64,000 nt of DNA, taken from positions 6,650,422 to 6,714,421 of the forward strand of contig NC_092678.1 of NCBI RefSeq assembly GCF_964355755.1, written 5' to 3'. Positions 1-13,830 of this stretch are shown piece by piece (the first letter of the stretch is position 1; each line of letters opens with the position of its first letter). Origin of the DNA: Antedon mediterranea. Taxonomy: Eukaryota; Animalia; Echinodermata. The notes beneath the pieces were generated by a model that was not told where the DNA came from, ran no database searches, and saw only the letters and a list, made by a program, of their open reading frames with translations. The translations under genes and the position numbers were made by a program.

Positions 1-2330
1 AATATTTTTGGTAATTTTCCCATTTTAAGGTGTTTATAATAAATCAAAAAATATGTATTAATTTTATATGTTAATATTTATGTGCATAAATATTTTGATT
101 TAAGTTTTCAATTTCTAGGAATAATGCCCGACAAGATGAAGCCATCTGGTCAAGATGAAGCAATTTGGTCAACAAGAGTAGCGCCCGAGAGTATCGCCAT
201 GTTGCATCCATTAGAGTCTTGCCCTCCTGTATGAAGTGGCACCCGAAGGTAGCGCCCCGTACTTACGCCATCTGGGTGAGGCTGTGTCTGCCACATGGCC
301 AGGTCACGATGAGAAGGTTACTCAGTTTGGGGAATAAAAAAGTCAGTGGTAGAGGCACCCAGAGGCGAGCGCTCCTCAGTGGTAACGCACTCTATGGTAC
401 CCAACAGAATGTTATAGAGCTCAGAGGTAGCACTCACGTGTAGGCCTATAGCTGTTTGTTACAATGGAGCACTCTAGAGGTAATTTTTCCATTTTACAAT
501 ATTTTACTGATGATATTTTTGTCCATTTTATATTTTACTATTGTTGGTCATTTTTCCATTTTAAGGTGATTTAATATTGTTGGTAATTTTCCTATTTTAA
601 GGTGTTTATAATAAATCAAAAAATATGTATTAATTTTATATGTTAATATTTATGTGCATAAATATTTTGATTTAAGTTTTCAATTTCTAGGAATAATGCC
701 CGACAAGATGAAGCCATCTGGTCAAGATGAAGCAATTTGGTCAACAAGAGTAGCGCCCGAGAGTATCGCCATGTTGCATCCATTCGAGTCTTGCCCTCCT
801 GTATGAAGTGGCACCCGAAGGTAGCGCCCCGTACTTACGCCATCTGGGTGAGGCTGTGTCTGCCACATGGCCAGGTCACGATGAGAAGGTTACTCAGTTT
901 GGGGAATAAAAAAGTCAGTGGTAGAGGCACCCAGAGGCGAGCGCTCCTCAGTGGTAACGCACTCTATGGTACCCAACTGAATGGTATAGAGCTCAGAGGT
1001 AGCGCTCACGTGTAGGCCTATAGCTGTTTGTTACAATGGAGCACTCTAGAGGTAATTTTTCCATTTTACAATATTTTACTGATGATATTTTTGTTCATTT
1101 TATATTTTACTAGTGTTGGTCATTTTTCCAATTTAAGGTGATTTAATATTGTTGGTAATTTTCCCATTTTAAGGTGTTTATAATAAATCAAAAAATATGT
1201 ATTAATTTTATATGTTAATATTTATGTGCATAAATATTTTGATTTAAGTTTTCAATTTCTAGGAATAATGCCCGACAAGATGAAGCCATCTGGTCAAGAT
1301 GAAGCAATTTGGTCAACAAGAGTAGCGCCCGAGAGTATCGCCATGTTGCATCCATTCGAGTCTTGCCCTCCTGTATGAAGTGGCACCCGAAGGTAGCGCC
1401 CCGTACTTACGCCATCTGAGTGAGGCTGTGTCTGCCACATGGCCAGGTCACGATGAGAAGGTTACTCAGTTTGGGGAATAAAAAAGTCAGTGGTAGAGGC
1501 ACCCAGAGGCGAGCGCTCCTCAGTGGTAACGCACTCTATGGTACCCAACTGAATGGTATAGAGCTCAGAGGTAGCGCTCACGTGTAGGCCTATAGCTGTT
1601 TGTTACAATGGAGCACTCAAGAGGTAATTTTTCCATTTTACAATATTTTACTGATGATATTTTTGTTCATTTTATATTTTACTAGTGTTGGTCATTTTTC
1701 CAATTTAAGGTGATTTAATATTGTTGGTAATTTTCCCATTTTAAGGTGTTTATAATAAATCAAAAAATATGTATTAATTTTATATGTTAATATTTATGTG
1801 CATAAATATTTTGATTTAAGTTTTCAATTTCTAGGAATAATGCCCGACAAGATGAAGCCATCTGGTCAAGATGAAGTAATCTGGTCAACAAGAGTATAGC
1901 GCCCGAGAGTATGGCCATGTTGCATCCATTAGAGTCTTAATTGCCCTCCTGTATGAAGTGGCACCCGAAGGTAGCGCCCCGTACTTACGCCATCTGGGTG
2001 AGGCTGTGTCTGCCACATGGCCCGGTCACGATGAGAAGGTTACTCAGTTTGGGGAATAAAAAAGTTAGTGGTAGAGGCACCCAGAGGCGAGCGCTCCTCA
2101 GTGGTAACGCACTCTATGGTACCCAACTGAATGGTATAGAGCTCAGAGGTAGTGCTCACGTGTAGGCCTATAGCTGTTTGTTTACAATGGAGCACTCAAG
2201 AGGTAATTTTTCCATTTTACAATATTTTACTGATGATATTTTTGTCCATTTTATATTTTACTATTGTTGGTCATTTTTCCATTTTAAGGTGATTTAATAT
2301 TGTTGGTAATTTTTCCTTTTTAAGGTTTTT
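1..2330. repeat. 572-bp tandem satellite, ~4 copies (array runs off the left edge); each unit has a GC-richer ~360-bp part and an AT-rich ~210-bp part
   Basis: Near-identical ORFs at 165 and 737 (offset 572); GGAATAATGCCCGACAAGATG recurs at ~118, 690, 1262, 1834; copy 3 has a stop (TGG>TGA) and copy 4 has small indels. Confidence 0.95.
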
Positions 2331-2534
2331 TTACTATTTTTGGTAATTTTTCCATTCTAAGGTTTTTTACTATTGTTGGTAATTTTTCCATTTTACAATT
2401 TGTTACTGTCGATATTTTTTTCCATTTTACGATTCAATGTTGTTGGTAATTTTCCATTTTAAGGTGTTTGATTATTGATAGTATTTTTACCATTGTTTAT
2501 TTACTATTGTTGAGATTTTACTGTCTGTATTTTT

Positions 2535-3660
2535 TTTCGCAAGTGTTTATTATCGCAAGTGTTTATTATCGCAAAAGTGTTTATTATCGCAAAAGTGTTT
2601 ATTATTGCAAAAGTGTTTATTGTCGCAAAAGTGTTTACTATATTAGAAGTGTTTACTATATTAGAAGTGTTTATTATATTGTCGCAAGTGTTTATTATCG
2701 CAAGTGTTTATTATCGCAAGTGTTTATTGTCGCAAAAGTGTTTATTTATTGTCAGTGTTTACTATATTAGAAGTGTTTATTATATTGTCGCAAGTGTTTA
2801 TTATCGCAAGTGTTTATTGTCGCAAAAGTGTTTATTTATTGTCAGTGTTTACTATATTAGAAGTGTTTATTATATTGTCGCAAGTGTTTATTATATTGTC
2901 GCAAGTGTTTATTGTCGCAAAAGTGTTTATTTATTGTCAGTGTTTACTATATTAGAAGTGTTTATTATATTGTCGCAAGTGTTTATTGTCGCAAAAGTGT
3001 TTATTTATAGCCAGTGTTTACTATATTAGAAGTGTTTATTATATTGTCGCAAGTGTTTATTATCGCAAGTGTTTATTATCGCAAAAGTGTTTATTTATTG
3101 TCAGTGTTTACTATATTAGAAGTGTTTATTATATTGTCGCAAGTGTTTATTATCGCAAGTGTTTATTATCGCAAAAGTGTTTATTTATAGCCAGTGTTTA
3201 CTATATTAGAAGTGTTTATTATATTGTCGCAAGTGTATATTATCGCAAAAGTGTTTATTATCGCAAAAGTGTTTACTATATTAGAAGTGTTTACTATATT
3301 ATCGCAAGTGTTTATTATCGCAAGTGTTTACTATATTATCGCAAGTGTTTATTATCGCCAGTGTTTACTATATTAGAAGTGTTTATTATATTGTCGCAAG
3401 TGTTTATTATCGCAAGTGTTTATTATCGCAAGTGTTTATTATCGCAAGTGTTTACTATATTATCGCAAGTGTTTATTATCGCAAGTGTTTATTATATTGT
3501 CGCAAGTGTTTATTATCGCAAGTGTTTATTATATTGTCGCAAGTGTTTATTATCGCAAGTGTTTATTGTCGCAAAAGTGTTTATTTATTGTCGCAAAAGT
3601 GTTTATTTATTGTCAGTGTTTACTATATGAGACGTGTTTATTATATTGTCACAAATGTTT
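2535..3660 (+). repeat. Complex minisatellite with core CGCAA(AA)GTGTTTATT(AT)/AGTGTTTACTATATTAGA, 16-21 bp variants
   Basis: Direct reading; low-complexity repeat ORFs in all three + frames. Confidence 0.95.
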
Positions 3661-3924
3661 ATTATGTTTCTCTAATTTTCCATTTTAAGGTGTTTTATTA
3701 TTGATATTATTTTTACAATTTTTTATTTACTATTTTTTATTTACTATTGTTAAGATATCATGATATCATCCTTTTAATGATATTTTACTGTGTATTTTTA
3801 ATTAAATTGAAATTTAATTTTTATAGCAAGCATGTCTATTATATTTCAAGTGGCTATTATATTTCAAGTGGCTATTATATTTCAAGCGGCTATTATATTT
3901 CAAGCGGCTATTATATTTCAAGCG

Positions 3925-4278
3925 TCTATTTTATATTACAAGCGTTTATTATACTTAAAGCGTCTATATCGCAAGTGTGATCGAAACAGTACTGTCTGCA
4001 GATTGGATAATGGGTGTATGTGCCAGTTCTGCAGTACATATCATTCTGAAGCTGCACTGACGAGATCTAATAAGATCGAAACAGTACTGTCTGCAAAAAA
4101 AAAAAAATCTGATTAAATTTCAGGTCACCACATTTGGTCAGCACCAGCAGTGATTATGATTGCATTCAATTATTTTTCAAATGATATTCAGTGATTGCGA
4201 AATGATGAATGTTTTAATAGTACTGTTGAATCATCTCTTAGTTTGGTGTTAATGTTAAAATGTCAGAAGAAATTGCTA
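3925..4278 (+). repeat. Left arm of a long-range inverted repeat (unique-sequence segment)
   Basis: Reverse complement of ~13416-13830, e.g. GCTGCACTGACGAGATCTAATAAGATCGAAACAG vs CTGTTTCGATCTTATTAGATCTCGTCAGTGCAGC, and GTGATTATGATTGCATTCAATTATTTTTCAAATGATATTCAGTGATTGC vs its complement at ~13496-13544. Confidence 0.92.
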
Positions 4279-4769
4279 TAGAAGTGGTTACCAAAACAAA
4301 AAAATGAAATCACAACAACAATCACAGCGACAAAAATCTTTCACTTAATAAAATATGTTGTCTTTAATAGAAAGTGAAAATTTACTTTCTTAGAATGAAA
4401 TCGGCTGCGTAATTAATTCTCAATGGTTAAGAGTTATAAGAGTTTCAGGTAACGCGTACCAGTGTAAGTTTCTGTATTGCTTCTTAGTGGAAATGTATCC
4501 ATGTAAGCGTCTTGGTATGACTGTCGGGGTATTATTAGTCATTTTATGTGTTTTAACAGTTTATTCTTCCATCTATCTATTATTGCAAATGTTTATAATT
4601 GCAAGTATTTAATATTGTGTTTATTATCGCAAGTGTTTATTATCACAAGTGTTTATTATCACAATATATTGACTGTATATTTATTTGTTTATTATCGCAC
4701 ACGTTTATAATAGCCAGTGTTTGTTATATTACAAATGTTTATTTTATTGCAAGTGTTTATTATCGCCAG

Positions 4770-6710
4770 TGTTTATTACGTCGCAGATGTCTATTACGTC
4801 GCAAGTGTCTATTACGTCGCTAGTGTCTATTACGTTGCTAGTGTCTATTACGTCGCTAGTGTCTATTACGTCGCAAGTGTCTATTACGTCGCTAGTGTCT
4901 ATTACGTCGCTAGTGTCTATTACGTCGCAAGTGTCTATTACGTCGCAAGTGTCTATTACGTCGCAAATGTCTATTATTATTATTACGTCACAAGTGTCTA
5001 TTATTATTATTATCATTACGTCGCAAGTGTCTATTACGTCGCAAGTGTCTATTACGTCGCAAGTGTCCATTACGTCGCAAGTGTCCATTACGTCGCAAGT
5101 GTCCATTACGTCGCAAGTGTCCATTACGTCGCAAGTGTCCATTACGTCGCAAGTGTCCATTACGTCGCAAGTGTCCATTACGTCGCTAGTGTCCATTACG
5201 TCGCAAGTGTCCATTACGTCGCAAGTGTCCATTACGTCGCAAGTGTCCATTACGTCGCAAGTGTCCATTACGTCGCAAGTGTCCATTACGTCGCAAGTGT
5301 CCATTACGTCGCAAGTGTCCATTACGTCGCAAGTGTCCATTACGTCGCAAGTGTCCATTACGTCGCAAGTGTCCATTACGTCGCAAGTGTCCATTACGTC
5401 GCAAGTGTCCATTACGTCGCAAGTGTCCATTACGTCGCTAGTGTCCATTACGTCGCTAGTGTCCATTACGTCGCAAGTGTCCATTACGTCGCAAGTGTCC
5501 ATTACGTCGCAAGTGTCCATTACGTCGCAAGTGTCTATTACGTCGCAAGTGTCTATTACGTCGCAAGTGTCTATTACGTCGCAAGTGTCTATTACGTCGC
5601 AAGTGTCTATTACGTCGCAAGTGTCTATTATTATTATTACGTCGCAAGTGTCTATTACGTCGCAAGTGTCTATTACGTCGCAAGTGTCTATTACGTCGCA
5701 AGTGTCTATTACGTTGCAAGTGTCTATTACGTCGCAAGTGTCTATTACGTCGCAAGTGTCTATTACGTCGCCAGTGTCTATTACGTCGCAAGTGCCTATT
5801 ACGTCGCAAGTGTCTATTATTATTATTACGTCACAAGTGTCTATTATTATTATTACGTCACAAGTGTCTATTATTATTATTATCATTACGTCGCAAGTGT
5901 CTATTACGTCGCAAGTGTCTATTACGTCGCAAATGTCTATTATTATTATTACGTCACAAGTGTCTATTATTATTATTATCATTACGTCGCAAGTGTCTAT
6001 TACGTCGCAAGTGCCTATTACGTCGCAAGTATCTATTACGTCGCAAGTGTCTATTACGTCGCAAGTGTCTATTACGTCGCAAATGTCTATTATTATTATT
6101 ACGTCACAAGTGTCTATTATTATTATTATCATTACGTCGCAAGTGTCTATTACGTCGCAAGTGTCTATTACGTCGCAAGTGCCTATTAACTCGCAAGTGT
6201 CTATTACGTCGCAAGTGTCCATTACGTCGCAAGTGTCCATTACGTCGCAAGTGTCCATTACGTCGCATGTGTCCATTACGTCGCATGTGTCCATTACGTC
6301 GCAAGTGTCCATTACGTCGCAAGTGTCCATTACGTCGCAAGTGTCTATTACGTCGCAAGTGTCTATTACGTCGCAAGTGTCCATTACGTCGCAAGTGTCC
6401 ATTACGTCGCAAGTGTCCATTACTTTATTTTATTTTTATTTTATTTTATTCAATCAAAACCAACAGCGATAAATACCGCCACTAACAGGTTTGAAACATA
6501 AAACAATACAACATCAAAAACGGTTAACAATAAAATACAGATAAAATATATATATATAAATATAAAACATAGATGTGTTTGTTATTATTACGTCGCAAGT
6601 GTCCATTACGTCGCAAGTGTCCATTACGTCGCAAGTGTCCATTACGTCGCAAGTGTCCATTACGTCGCAAGTGTCTATTACGTCGCAAGTGTCTATTACA
6701 TCGCAAGTGT
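4770..6710 (+). repeat. 18-bp minisatellite CGCAAGTGTC(T/C)ATTACGT with occasional (TAT)n-expanded units, interrupted at ~6425-6585
   Basis: Direct reading; 6-aa periodic ORFs (ITSQVS, YVASVH). Confidence 0.97.
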
Positions 6711-7485
6711 CTGTTTATTGTTATTTCGCCGCAAGTGTCTTTCGCCGCAAATGTATGTTATTGTTATTATTTCCCCGCAAGTGTCTGTTATATTGTTATT
6801 CTTTCGCCGCAAGTGTCATACCGCTATATTGCCTAAGTCATACCGCTATATCGCCTAGGTCATACCGCTATATCGCCTATGTCATACCGCTATTATTTCG
6901 CCGCAAGTGTCTGTTATATTGTTATTATTTCGCCACAAGTGTCATACCGCTTTATCGCCTAAGTCATACCGCTATATCACCGCAAGTGTCTGTTGCTATT
7001 ATTTCGCCGCAAGTGTCTGTTATTGTTATTATTTTGCCGCAAGTGTCTGTTATATTGTTATTTTTTCGCCGCAAGTGTCATACCGCTATATCGCCTAAGT
7101 CATACCGCTATATCGCCTAAGTCATACCGCTATAGCGCCTAAGTCATACCGCTATATCGCCTAAGTCATACCGCTATATCGCCTATGTCATACCACTATT
7201 ATTTCGCCGCAAGTGTCTGTTATATTGTTATTATTTCGCCACAAGTGTCATACCGCTTTATCGCCTAAGTCATACCGCTATATCACCGCAAGTGTCTGTT
7301 GCTATTATTTCGCCGCAAGTGTCTGTTATATTGTTATTTTTTCGCCGCAAGTGTCATACCGCTATATCGCCTAAGTCATACCGCTATATCGCCTAAGTCA
7401 TACCGCTATAGCGCCTAAGTCATACCGTTATATCGCCTAAGTCATACCACTATTATTTCGCCGCAAGTTTCTGTTATTGCTGTCA
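6710..7485 (+). repeat. Composite minisatellite of 22-bp AAGTCATACCGCTATATCGCCT and ~30-bp CGCCGCAAGTGTCTGTTATATTG units, with a ~300-bp higher-order duplication
   Basis: TACCGC recurs at 7081, 7103, 7125; block ~6870-7170 resembles ~7175-7450. Confidence 0.88.
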
Positions 7486-7554
7486 TTTCGTGCGCTACCT
7501 GAAATTGGACGTGCGCTACCTGAAATTGGACGTGCGCTACCTCAAAATGTCAAT

Positions 7555-8690
7555 TAATTAAACCACTTAATATTATGTCAATTAATTAAGTGGATTAAAT
7601 TGTGAGTTGTTTAGCATTTGAAAAAAATAAAAAATTAAGTGGATTAAGTTAAGTTAAATTAAATTAAGTTAATTTTAACTTAATCCACTTTATATTATCT
7701 CAAAATTAAGTGGCTTAACTTAATCCACTTAATTGTGAGTTTTTTAGTATTTGAAAAGCAAAAATAAATTAAGTGGATTAAGTTAATCCACTTAATAAAA
7801 TGTCAAAATTAAGTGGCTTAACTTAATCCACTTAATTTTAACTTAATCCACTTATTTTTGAGTTTTTTAGTATTTGAAAAGCAAAAATAAATTAAGTGGA
7901 TTAAGTTAATCCACTTAATATTATGTCAAAATTAAGTGGCTTAACTTAATCCACTTAATTGTGAGTTTTTTTTAGTATTTGAAAAGCAAAAATAAATTAA
8001 ATGGATTAAGTTAATCCACTTAATATTATGTCAAAATTAAGTGGCTTAACTTAATCCACTTAATTTTGAGTTTTTTTAGTATTTGAAAAGCAAAAATAAT
8101 TTAAGTGGATTAAGTTAATCCACTTAATATTATGTCAAAATTAAGTGGCTTAACTTAATCCACTTAATTGTGAGTTTTTTAGTATTTGAAAAGCAAAAAT
8201 AAATTAAATGGATTAAGTTAATCCACTTAATATTATGTCAAAATTAAGTGGCTTAACTTAATCCACTTAATTTTAACTTACTCCACTTAATTTTGAGTTT
8301 TTTTTTAGTATTTGAAAAGCAAAAATAAATTAAGTGGATTAAGTTAATCCACTTAATATTATGTCAAAATTAAGTGGCTTAACTTAATCCACTTAATTTT
8401 AACTTAATCCACTTAATTGTGAGTTTTTTAGTATTTGAAAAGCAAAAATAAATTAAGTGGATCAACTTAATCTACTTAATATTATGTCAAAATTAAGTGG
8501 ATTCAGTTATTAATCCACTTAATTAACTTGATCCACTTAATTGTGATTTTTGTGGCATTTGAAATGAAAAAAAAAAATTCAGTTAAGTTCAAATTAAGTG
8601 GATTAACTTAATCCACTTAATTTTATGTCAACATTAGGTGGTTTAACTTAATTGAAATTTTTTTAGCATATGAAAAGCAAATTAAATTAA
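7555..8690. repeat. Palindrome-rich AT satellite, ~104/~124-bp units, each with two TTAAGTGGATTAA-N-TTAATCCACTTAA-type palindromes
   Basis: TTTGAAAAGCAAAA anchor at about 7750, 7873, 7978, 8082, 8185, 8311, 8434. Confidence 0.93.
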
Positions 8691-11600
8691 ATGGCTTGTA
8701 GTATAATAATAATAGTAAACGCTTGTAGTATAATAATAATAATAATAGTAAACGCTTGTAGTATAATAATAATAATAATAGTAAACGCTTGTAGTATAAT
8801 AATAATAATAATAGTAAACGCTTGTAGTATAATAATAATAATAATAGTAAACGCTTGTAGTATAATAATAATAATAATAGTAAACGCTTGTAGTATAATA
8901 ATAATAATAATAGTAAACGCTTGTAGTATAATAATAATAATAATAGTAAACGCTTGTAGTATAATAATAATAATAATAGTAAACGCTTGTAGTATAATAA
9001 TAATAATAATAGTAAACGCTTGTAGTATAATAATAATAATAATAGTAAACGCTTGTAGTATAATAATAATAATAATAGTAAACGCTTGTAGTATAATAAT
9101 AATAATAATAGTAAACGCTTGTAGTATAATAATAATAATAATAGTAAACGCTTGTAGTATAATAATAATAATAATAGTAAACGCTTGTAGTATAATAATA
9201 ATAATAATAGTAAACGCTTGTAGTATAATAATAATAATAATAGTAAACGCTTGTAGTATAATAATAATAATAATAGTAAACGCTTGTAGTATAATAATAA
9301 TAATAATAGTAAACGCTTGTAGTATAATAATAATAATAATAGTAAACGCTTGTAGTATAATAATAATAATAATAGTAAACGCTTGTAGTATAATAATAAT
9401 AATAATAGTAAACGCTTGTAGTATAATAATAATAATAATAGTAAACGCTTGTAGTATAATAATAATAATAATAGTAAACGCTTGTAGTATAATAATAATA
9501 ATAATAGTAAACGCTTGTAGTATAATAATAATAATAATAGTAAACGCTTGTAGTATAATAATAATAATAATAGTAAACGCTTGTAGTATAATAATAATAA
9601 TAATAGTAAACGCTTGTAGTATAATAATAATAATAATAGTAAACGCTTGTAGTATAATAATAATAATAATAGTAAACGCTTGTAGTATAATAATAATAAT
9701 AATAGTAAACGCTTGTAGTATAATAATAATAATAATAGTAAACGCTTGTAGTATAATAATAATAATAATAGTAAACGCTTGTAGTATAATAATAATAATA
9801 ATAGTAAACGCTTGTAGTATAATAATAATAATAATAGTAAACGCTTGTAGTATAATAATAATAATAATAGTAAACGCTTGTAGTATAATAATAATAATAA
9901 TAGTAAACGCTTGTAGTATAATAATAATAATAATAGTAAACGCTTGTAGTATAATAATAATAATAATAGTAAACGCTTGTAGTATAATAATAATAATAAT
10001 AGTAAACGCTTGTAGTATAATAATAATAATAACAGTAAACGCTTGTAGTATAATAATAATAATAATAGTAAACGCTTGTAGTATAATAATAATAATAATA
10101 GTAAACGCTTGTAGTATAATAATAATAATAACAGTAAACGCTTGTAGTATAATAATAATAATAATAGTAAACGCTTGTAGTATAATAATAATAATAATAG
10201 TAAACGCTTGTAGTATAATAATAATAATAATAGTAAACGCTTGTAGTATAATAATAATAATAATAGTAAACGCTTGTAGTATAATAATAATAATAGTAAA
10301 CGCTTGTAGTATAATAATAATAATAGTAAACGCTTGTAGTATAATAATAATAATAATAGTAAACGCTTGTAGTATAATAATAATAATAACAGTAAACGCT
10401 TGTAGTATAATAATAATAATAGTAAACGCTTGTAGTATAATAATAATAATAGTAAACGCTTGTAGTATAATAATAATAATAGTAAACGCTTGTAGTATAA
10501 TAATAATAATAGTAAACGCTTGTAGTATAATAATAATAATAGTAAACGCTTGTAGTATAATAATAATAATAGTAAACGCTTGTAGTATAATAATAATAAT
10601 AACAGTAAACGCTTGTAGTATAATAATAATAATAATAGTAAACGCTTGTAGTATAATAATAATAATAACAGTAAACGCTTGTAGTATAATAATAATAATA
10701 ATAGTAAACGCTTGTAGTATAATAATAATAATAATAGTAAACGCTTGTAGTATAATAATAATAATAACAGTAAACGCTTGTAGTATAATAATAATAATAA
10801 CAGTAAACGCTTGTAGTATAATAATAATAATAATAGTAAACGCTTGTAGTGTAATAATAATAATAACAGTAAACGCTTGTAGTATAATAATAATAATAAT
10901 AGTAAACGCTTGTAGTATAATAATAATAATAATAGTAAACGCTTGTAGTATAATAATAATAATAATAGTAAACGCTTGTAGTATAATAATAATAATAATA
11001 GTAAACGCTTGTAGTATAATAATAATAATAACAGTAAACGCTTGTAGTATAATAATAATAATAATAGTAAACGCTTGTAGTATAATAATAATAATAATAG
11101 TAAACGCTTGTAGTATAATAATAATAATAATAGTAAACGCTTGTAGTATAATAATAATAACAGTAAACGCTTGTAGTATAATAATAATAATAATAGTAAA
11201 CGCTTGTAGTATAATAATAATAATAATAGTAAACGCTTGTAGTATAATAATAATAATAGTAAACGCTTGTAGTATAATAATAATAATAGTAAACGCTTGT
11301 AGTATAATAATAATAATAGTAAACGCTTGTAGTATAATAATAATAATAGTAAACGCTTGTAGTATAATAATAATAATAGTAAACGCTTGTAGTATAATAA
11401 TAACAGTAAACGCTTGTAGTATAATAATAATAATAATAGTAAACGCTTGTAGTATAATAATAATAATAATAGTAAACGCTTGTAGTATAATAATAACAGT
11501 AAACGCTTGTAGTATAATAATAACAGTAAACGCTTGTAGTATAATAATAATAATAATAGTAAACGCTTGTAGTATAATAATAATAATAATAGTAAACGCT

Positions 11601-13010
11601 TGTAGTATAATAATAATAATAATAGTAAACGCTTGTAGTATAATAATAATAATAGTAAACGCTTGTAGTATAATAATAATAATAGTAAACGCTTGTAGTA
11701 TAATAATAATAAAAGTAAACGCTTGTAGTATAATAATAATAAAAGTAAACGCTTGTAGTATAATAATAATAAAAGTAAACGCTTGTAGTATAATAATAAT
11801 AATAACAGTAAACGCTTGTAGTATAATAATAATAATAATAGTAAACGCTTGTAGTATAATAATAATAATAACAGTAAACGCTTGTAGTATAATAATAATA
11901 ATAATAGTAAACGCTTGTAGTATAATAATAATAGTAAACGCTTGTAGTATAATAATAATAATAATAGTAAACGCTTGTAGTATAATAATAATAATAGTAA
12001 ACGCTTGTAGTATAATAATAATAATAACAGTAAACGCTTGTAGTATAATAATAATAATAATAGTAAACGCTTGTAGTATAATAATAATAATAGTAAACGC
12101 TTGTAGTATAATAATAATAATAGTAAACGCTTGTAGTATAATAATAATAATAGTAAACGCTTGTAGTATAATAATAATAATAGTAAACGCTTGTAGTATA
12201 ATAATAATAATAGTAAACGCTTGTAGTATAATAATAATAATAATAGTAAACGCTTGTAGTATAATAATAATAATAATAGTAAACGCTTGTAGTATAATAA
12301 TAATAATAGTAAACGCTTGTAGTATAATAATAATAGTAAACGCTTGTAGTATAATAATAATAATAATAGTAAACGCTTGTAGTATAATAATAATAATAAT
12401 AGTAAACGCTTGTAGTATAATAATAATAATAGTAAACGCTTGTAGTATAATAATAATAATAGTAAACGCTTGTAGTATAATAATAATAATAATAGTAAAC
12501 GCTTGTAGTATAATAATAATAATAGTAAACGCTTGTAGTATAATAATAATAATAATAGTAAACGCTTGTAGTATAATAATAATAATAATAGTAAACGCTT
12601 GTAGTATAATAATAATAATAGTAAACGCTTGTAGTATAATAATAATAGTAAACGCTTGTAGTATAATAATAATAATATTAAACGCTTGTAGTATAATAAT
12701 AATAATAGTAAACGCTTGTAGTATAATAATAATAATAGTAAACGCTTGTAGTATAATAATAATAATAGTAAACGCTTGTAGTATAATAATAATAATAGTA
12801 AACGCTTGTAGTATAATAATAATAATAGTAAACGCTTGTAGTATAATAATAATAATAGTAAACGCTTGTAGTATAATAATAATAATAGTAAACGCTTGTA
12901 GTATAATAATAATAATAGTAAACGCTTGTAGTATAATAATAATAATAGTAAACGCTTGTAGTATAATAATAATAATAGTAAACGCTTGTAGTATAATAAT
13001 AAACACTTGA
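8691..13010 (+). repeat. 24/27/30-bp minisatellite GTAAACGCTTGTAGT(ATA)n, ~4.3 kb
   Basis: Direct reading; unit length varies by whole AAT triplets, which keeps spurious 1400-1500 aa ORFs open. Confidence 0.98.
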
Positions 13011-13024
13011 AGTATAAAAAAATA

Positions 13025-13412
13025 ATATTAAGTGCTGGCAACGATAAGTGGTGGCGACGATAAGTGCGGATAATAAACACTGGCGACGATAAGTGGTGGC
13101 AACGATAAGTGCTGATAATAAACACTGGTGACGATAAGCGCTAATAATAACCACTGGCGACGATAAGCGCTGATAATAAACACTGGCGACGATAAGTGCT
13201 GCCGACGATAAGCGCTGATAATAAACACTGGCGACGATAAGTGCTGGCAACGATCAGTGCTGGCGACGATAAGCGCTGATAATAAACACTGGCGACGATA
13301 AGTGCTGGCGACGATAAGTGCTGGCGACGATAAGCGCTGATAATAAACACTGGCGACGATAAGTGCTGGCGACGATAAGCGCTGATAATAAACACTGGCG
13401 ACGATAGTAGAC
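13025..13412 (-). repeat. Minisatellite (CTGGCGACGATAAG(T/C)GCTGATAATAAACA), a reverse-strand relative of the 2.5-6.7 kb satellites
   Basis: Reverse complement reads CGTCGCCAGTGTTTATTATC, the same core as the left-hand arrays. Confidence 0.9.
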
Positions 13413-13415
13413 ACT

Positions 13416-13830
13416 TAGCAATTTCTTCTGACAATTTAACATTAACACCAAACCAAGAGATGATTCAACAGTATTATTAAAACATTCATTATTTTGCAAT
13501 CACTGAATATCATTTGAAAAATAATTGAATGCAATCATAATCACTGCTGCTGCTTCAGGATAAAGATTAAATACTACAGTACTATTTAGCCCATCGACAT
13601 ACGGTTACCAGTCTAAACCCATTCTGACCAAAAGTGGTGATCTTGTTAAAAACAAATTTAATCTGTTTCGATCTTATTAGATCTCGTCAGTGCAGCTCAG
13701 GTTTTGAAATGATATGTACTGCAGAACTGGCACAATATATAGGACATACACCCATTATCCAATCTGCAGACAGTACTGTTTCAATCACACTTGTGATATA
13801 GACGCTTGAAGTATAATAAACGCTTCTAAC
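13416..13830 (-). repeat. Right arm of the long-range inverted repeat (with ~70 bp extra at ~13555-13625)
   Basis: Reverse complement of ~3925-4278. Confidence 0.92.

Noticed and set aside
165-2165. Repeated 92-aa ORF in the 572-bp unit
   Set aside because: TTG start in a eukaryotic context, broken by a stop in copy 3 and indels in copy 4, no recognisable domain
2468-7120. Many overlapping ORFs (ITSQVS, YVASVH, DTCDVM, RRNGHL repeats)
   Set aside because: Satellite artefacts, open in several frames and strands at once
8623-13125. 1439-1500 aa ORFs on both strands
   Set aside because: Pure translations of a minisatellite whose unit is a multiple of 3; open on both strands, no protein-like complexity
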